Of a stretch of 32,000 bases of DNA, positions 29,301-32,000 are shown one piece after another (position 1 is the first letter of the stretch; each line of letters opens with the position of its first letter). Under the pieces are notes generated by a model that saw nothing but the letters and a program-made list of their open reading frames with translations, did not search any database and was not told where the DNA came from. Source of the stretch: Raphidiopsis brookii D9. Lineage in GTDB: Bacteria; Cyanobacteriota; Cyanobacteriia; Cyanobacteriales; Nostocaceae. The stretch covers positions 79,550 through 111,549 of the forward strand of contig ACYB01000029.1 in NCBI GenBank assembly GCA_000175855.1. Direction: 5' to 3'. Position numbers and translations under genes: made by a program.

Positions 29301-29993
29301 TATCAATTAGCTATGCGGGATATGGAAATTCGTGGGGTAGGCAATTTATTAGGTGCGGAACAATCAGGTCAAATGAATGCTATTGGATTTGACTTATATA
29401 TGGAAATGTTAGAGGAAGCAATTAGGGAGATTAGGGGTCAAGAAATACCCAAGGTTGATGACACCCAAATTGATTTGAACCTGACCGCATTTATTCCTGC
29501 AACCTATATTACCGATATTGATCAAAAAATGAGTGCCTATCGTGCGGTAGCGACGGCCAAATCCAAGGAAGAATTAAAAGCAATAGCAGCAGAATGGAAT
29601 GATAGATATGGTATTATACCCCCCCCAGCAAATCAAATGCTCAGAGTTATGGAATTGAAACAACTGGCAAAAAATCTAGGTTTTAGTAGGATTAAACCAG
29701 AGAATAAGCAACATATAGTATTGGAAACACCAATGGAAGAACCTGCTTGGAACTTGTTGGCCCAGAGGTTGACGGAAAATATGAAAAATCGGTTTGTATA
29801 TTCTCCTGGGAAGGTTACAGCTAGGGGTTTGGCTGTATTTAAGGCTGAACAACAGTTGGAAACCCTAATAGATGTTTTAGCAAAATGTAACTATGCACAA
29901 AAGTATAGGGGAGAACCAAGGAAAACAATCCATGAAGTAGGATTGGTGTTCAGTTCCAGCAAACGTAACCTCATTCAAGCAGATTGGGAATAA
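26385..29993 (+). CDS. mfd: transcription-repair coupling factor Mfd, with a non-native C-terminal tail of ~37 aa
   Basis: Superfamily-2 translocase motifs [28 protein letters not shown] and QLRGRVGR, plus a CarD-like region ([11 protein letters not shown]). From 29882 to the stop, the ORF is a copy of the 3' end of the neighbouring paralog family (see repeat features). Confidence 0.95.
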   Translation: MTFSSIVRSLMRSPLTTELNNQLKKHQQLGLNGISRLPKNLIASALANQESRDLCIICATLEEAGRFYAQLETMGWNTVHFYPTSEASPYQPFDPETELSWGQMQVLADLVSNSDHKSMALITTIGALQPHLPPREHFKSFCLTLQKDMAYSLEQFGEKITALGYERVSLVETEGQWSRRGDIVDVFPVACELPVRLEWFGDDIEKIREFDPSTQRSALDKVNQITLTPTSFAPIVLSALKDNAPFWQFSSQLDLNSEVIENSGLEGSRRFLGFAFDQPASILDYLPTNTLVAIDEIEQCHAHGDRWVENADEQWLLINDQLSTTFPKIHINFEECLGEKVSNFSTLYLSEIAEENSGNITDKDASQPTSSHRFVPSYNLAGRPLPIHPHQFAKLAATIRQERDHKFAVWIISAQPSRSVALLQEHDCAAQFIPNPRDYQAIDKLQINQTPVALKYSGLAELEGVILPSYRLVIITDREFYGQHALANFGYVRKRRKAASKQVDPNKLRAGDFVVHRSHGIGKFVKLESLTINDETRDYLVIQYADGVLRVAADQVGSLSRFRTNLDRPPQLHKMTGKAWDNTKNKVKKAIKKLAVDLLQLYAARSQQEGFSYPQDMPWQEEMEDSFPYQPTIDQLKAVQDVKRDMESPRPMDRLVCGDVGFGKTEVAIRAIFKAVTAGKQVALLAPTTILTQQHYHTIKERFAPYPIHVGLLNRFRSPEEKRNIQKRLLTGELDIVVGTHQLLGKGVQFKDLGLLVIDEEQRFGVNQKEKIKTLKTHLDVLTLSATPIPRTLYMSLSGIREMSLITTPPPTRRPIQTHLAPLNPQIVSSAIRQELDRGGQVFYVVPRVEGIEETTTRLREMIPSGRFVIAHGQMDESQLESTMLTFSNHEADILVCTTIIESGLDIPRVNTILIEDAHRFGLSQLYQLRGRVGRAGIQAHAWLFYPKQRELSDAARQRLRAIQEFTQLGSGYQLAMRDMEIRGVGNLLGAEQSGQMNAIGFDLYMEMLEEAIREIRGQEIPKVDDTQIDLNLTAFIPATYITDIDQKMSAYRAVATAKSKEELKAIAAEWNDRYGIIPPPANQMLRVMELKQLAKNLGFSRIKPENKQHIVLETPMEEPAWNLLAQRLTENMKNRFVYSPGKVTARGLAVFKAEQQLETLIDVLAKCNYAQKYRGEPRKTIHEVGLVFSSSKRNLIQADWE

Positions 29994-30027
29994 ATTAAGA
30001 TAAACTGCGATCGCGAAGCACTCGCGA
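29882..30027 (+). repeat. copy A of a ~146-bp 3' module (last 37 codons + 3' flank with HIP1) of the AAA-ATPase/PD-(D/E)XK paralog family, fused in frame to mfd
   Basis: My hand alignment of 29882-30007 to 31715-31840 gives 115/126 identities with no gaps. After a 5-nt indel both copies share GCGATCGC and a short hairpin. Confidence 0.85.
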
Positions 30028-30040
30028 GCTCGCCCTTTTT
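30011..30040 (+). terminator. possible terminator hairpin after the mfd/remnant stop
   Basis: TCGCGA (30011-30016), loop AGCAC, TCGCGA (30022-30027), then GCTCGCCC and TTTTT (30036-40). The T-run is 8 nt from the stem. The homologous hairpin in copy B (31851-31863) carries a compensatory base-pair change. Confidence 0.35.
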
Positions 30041-30273
30041 AAAAATTTACAAATACCCCAATTAATACAACAGATGTTGGGTTGACAAAACCCAATCTAA
30101 TGTAACCTAAACCCCCCCATCCACAAATTTGAGACAAGGAATTCATTCTCTATCTGTGACCGACAAGCGATCGCCCTTTTGATTTAAAATAAATTCACAT
30201 AATTCACATAAATAACTCCGGTGATTAAATTAGAGATAAACTAGGATAAGATAATAAGCAAACATTCATTACT

Positions 30274-31826
30274 ATGAACCCCAAAAATCTCCCGTTGGGA
30301 ATCAACACCCTGAGCATGCTACGGGAAAACAATTGCGTCTATGTGGACAAAACGGAAATAGCTCACCGTCTGATCCGCATTCCTGGACGCTTCTTTCTAT
30401 CTCGTCCCCGGCGTTTTGGCAAAAGTCTGTTTATAGATACCCTCAAGGAGATTTTCGAAGGGAATCAGAAATTATTTGAGGGGCTTTATATTTATGACCA
30501 ATGGGACTGGAGCAGAAAATTCCCAGTGATTAAAATAGATTTTGCTGGTGGGGTATTAAAAAACCGACAAGAACTGGATGTGCGCATACTGGATATTTTG
30601 GAGGAAAATGCAGAGCATCTGGGTGTGTCCTATGAGTCAACTGATATACCGGGAAAATTAGGAACATTGATTCGTAAAGCCATGGCAAAATATGGAGAAC
30701 GTGCTGTAGTACTGGTAGATGAATACGATAAACCCATCCTGGACAATATAGACAACCCACCTATTGCAGCTGAAATGCGGGAAGGACTCAAGAATCTATA
30801 CTCCGTCCTCAAGCAACAGGATGCCAACCTGCAGTTCGTCTTCATGACCGGAGTGACCAAATTTTCCAAAGTCAGCCTTTTTAGCGGGGTCAACCAACTC
30901 ACGGACATCACCATTGATACTAGATACTCCTCCATCTGTGGTTACACCGAAACCGACCTCACCCAATCCTTTGGAGAACACCTTGCAGGAGCAGATCGAG
31001 AAGCAGTGCGCTCCTGGTATAATGGTTATAACTGGACAGGTTCGGAGAGCGTCTATAACCCCTACGATATTCTCATGTTTATCGATAAGAGGAAGATATT
31101 TCGCAACTACTGGTTTGAGACGGGTAGTCCGAGCTTTCTAGTTAAACTATTCCAAGCCAAGTGTTACTTCCTCCCCAACCTAGAGCATCTAGAGGTAACC
31201 GAGGAGATACTCGAGTCCTTTGAAGTAGAAAGGATCAACCCAGTCACCTTGTTATTTCAATCAGGGTATTTAACCATTGAGAGCACCTTTACCGCTATGG
31301 AACGTTACATGTTCCGACTAAAAATCCCCAACCGGGAGGTGAAGGTCGCCCTGGGAGATCAATTAGTCAACGCCTACACTGACTTCGTTGAAGAGAAATT
31401 AGGTATTCAGAGACCCTTATATGAAAAATTGTTCCAAGGTGATGTTAATGGATTTATCGACAGAGTCAGACGATTGTTTGCTTCTATCCCTTGGCGTAAC
31501 TTCACCAATAATGACCTAGCGAACTTCGAGGGTTACTACGCTTCTGTACTATATGCCTTTCTAAGTTCCTTAATGCGCGGATCATCCCCGAGGATATTAC
31601 CAATTACAGTCAAGCGGACATAACAGCCATCCTAGGTGATCATATTTACGTGATGGAAATCAAAGTAATAGACGGGGACAAGTTGAAAGAGAACCTAGCT
31701 CTAAAACAGATACGAAAATGTAATTATGCTCAAAAGTATGGGGGAGAACCAGGAAAAACCGTTCATGAAGTAGGATTGGTGTTCAGCTCCAGCAAACGTA
31801 ACCTCATTCAAGCGGATTGGGAATAA
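30274..31826 (+). pseudogene. AAA-ATPase-like + PD-(D/E)XK nuclease (PDDEXK_9/DUF1703-type) protein, frame broken near the C-terminus
   Basis: N-terminal pattern MNPKNLPLGINTLSMLRENNCVYVDKTE.., Walker A RPRRFGKS (GKS at 30418-30426) and Walker B VVLVDEYD (~30706-30729). Frame 1 stops at 31621-31623. The -1 frame (open from 31515) continues NARIIPEDITNYSQADITAILGDHIYVMEIKVIDG...[11 protein letters not shown] to 31826 and holds the nuclease D (31617-31619) and E-x-K (31656-31664). One extra A at AA 31572-31573 restores a ~517-aa ORF. Family names are from memory. Confidence 0.8.
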
Positions 31827-31865
31827 AATAAGATAAACTGACTAGCGATCGCAAAGCACTTGCAG
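31715..31865 (+). repeat. copy B of the 3' module (authentic 3' end of the 30274 gene plus flank)
   Basis: See copy A. It encodes ..[36 protein letters not shown], followed by AATAAGATAAACTG, HIP1 (31845-31852) and hairpin GCAA-AGCAC-TTGC (31851-31863). Confidence 0.85.
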
Positions 31866-31897
31866 TTTAATTTAAAATAAAAAAAACATTCATTAGT

Positions 31898-32000
31898 ATG
31901 AACCCCAAAAATCTTCCCCTGAGGATCACCACCCTAGATAAACTACGCGGTAGCAACTGTATTTACGTGGATAAAACAAGGCTTCCCTTCCAGTTGATAA
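31898..32000 (+). CDS. second AAA-ATPase-like/PD-(D/E)XK paralog, 5' end only; continues past the right edge
   Basis: My translation is MNPKNLPLRITTLDKLRGSNCIYVDKTRLPFQLI.., parallel to MNPKNLPLGINTLSMLRENNCVYVDKTEIAHRLI.. of the 30274 gene. The 30 nt around the start (31886-31915) match 30261-30290 with 1 mismatch. Confidence 0.75.
   Translation, partial: MNPKNLPLRITTLDKLRGSNCIYVDKTRLPFQLI

Noticed and set aside
30192-30209. Tandem 9-mer AATTCACAT x2 and hairpin TTGGGTT-GACAA-AACCCAA (30077-30095) in the spacer before the 30274 gene
   Set aside because: Both are real in the sequence but short and unremarkable. No terminal inverted repeats or target-site duplication indicate a MITE or insertion. 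I noted them only as part of the ~200-bp length difference between the two inter-paralog spacers.

Overview
AT-rich cyanobacterial chromosome segment. It carries 17 perfect HIP1 octamers (GCGATCGC), and chlD, an RRM-type rbp, a DUF3038/DUF4335-like pair and DUF29 together suggest a filamentous Nostocales-like genome; the taxon is inference. The window is mostly tightly packed housekeeping genes. Minus strand: rqcH-like (partial), Zn-ribbon ORF, rbp, prfC, GNAT. Plus strand: two-domain sulfurtransferase (frame-broken), hisC, mnmD-like (frame-broken), mutS2, DUF3038-like, DUF4335-like. Then chlD (-), rnc (+), a ~690-bp gene-free spacer, usp-like, ArsB/NhaD-type permease, DMT permease and Ddl-like ATP-grasp (+), dxs (-), rpiA, DUF29, aldo/keto reductase (+), CNNM (-) and mfd (+). 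The window ends in the start of a tandem array of AAA-ATPase-like/PD-(D/E)XK paralogs that runs off the right edge. I saw no rRNA, tRNA, CRISPR array, transposase or integrase. Points worth a second look: (1) The mfd ORF has no stop codon of its own; it ends in a ~91% identical copy of the 3' module of the neighbouring ATPase-nuclease paralog, and that paralog array has conserved 5' and 3' junctions. (2) The rnc-usp spacer holds a hairpin-dense candidate RNA with duplicated stem arms. It is followed by three 11-bp-phased GTGTTAAYCT boxes (Pho-box-like) and a 12-bp palindrome. (3) Three genes are each broken by a missing nucleotide in a short homopolymer. One break lies on a phase-correct G_GGA_AAG -1 slippery heptamer. 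(4) There is no stop codon between the catalytic rhodanese domain and hisC. I found no clear complete novel multi-gene system; the best candidate is the ATPase-nuclease array, which continues beyond position 32000.
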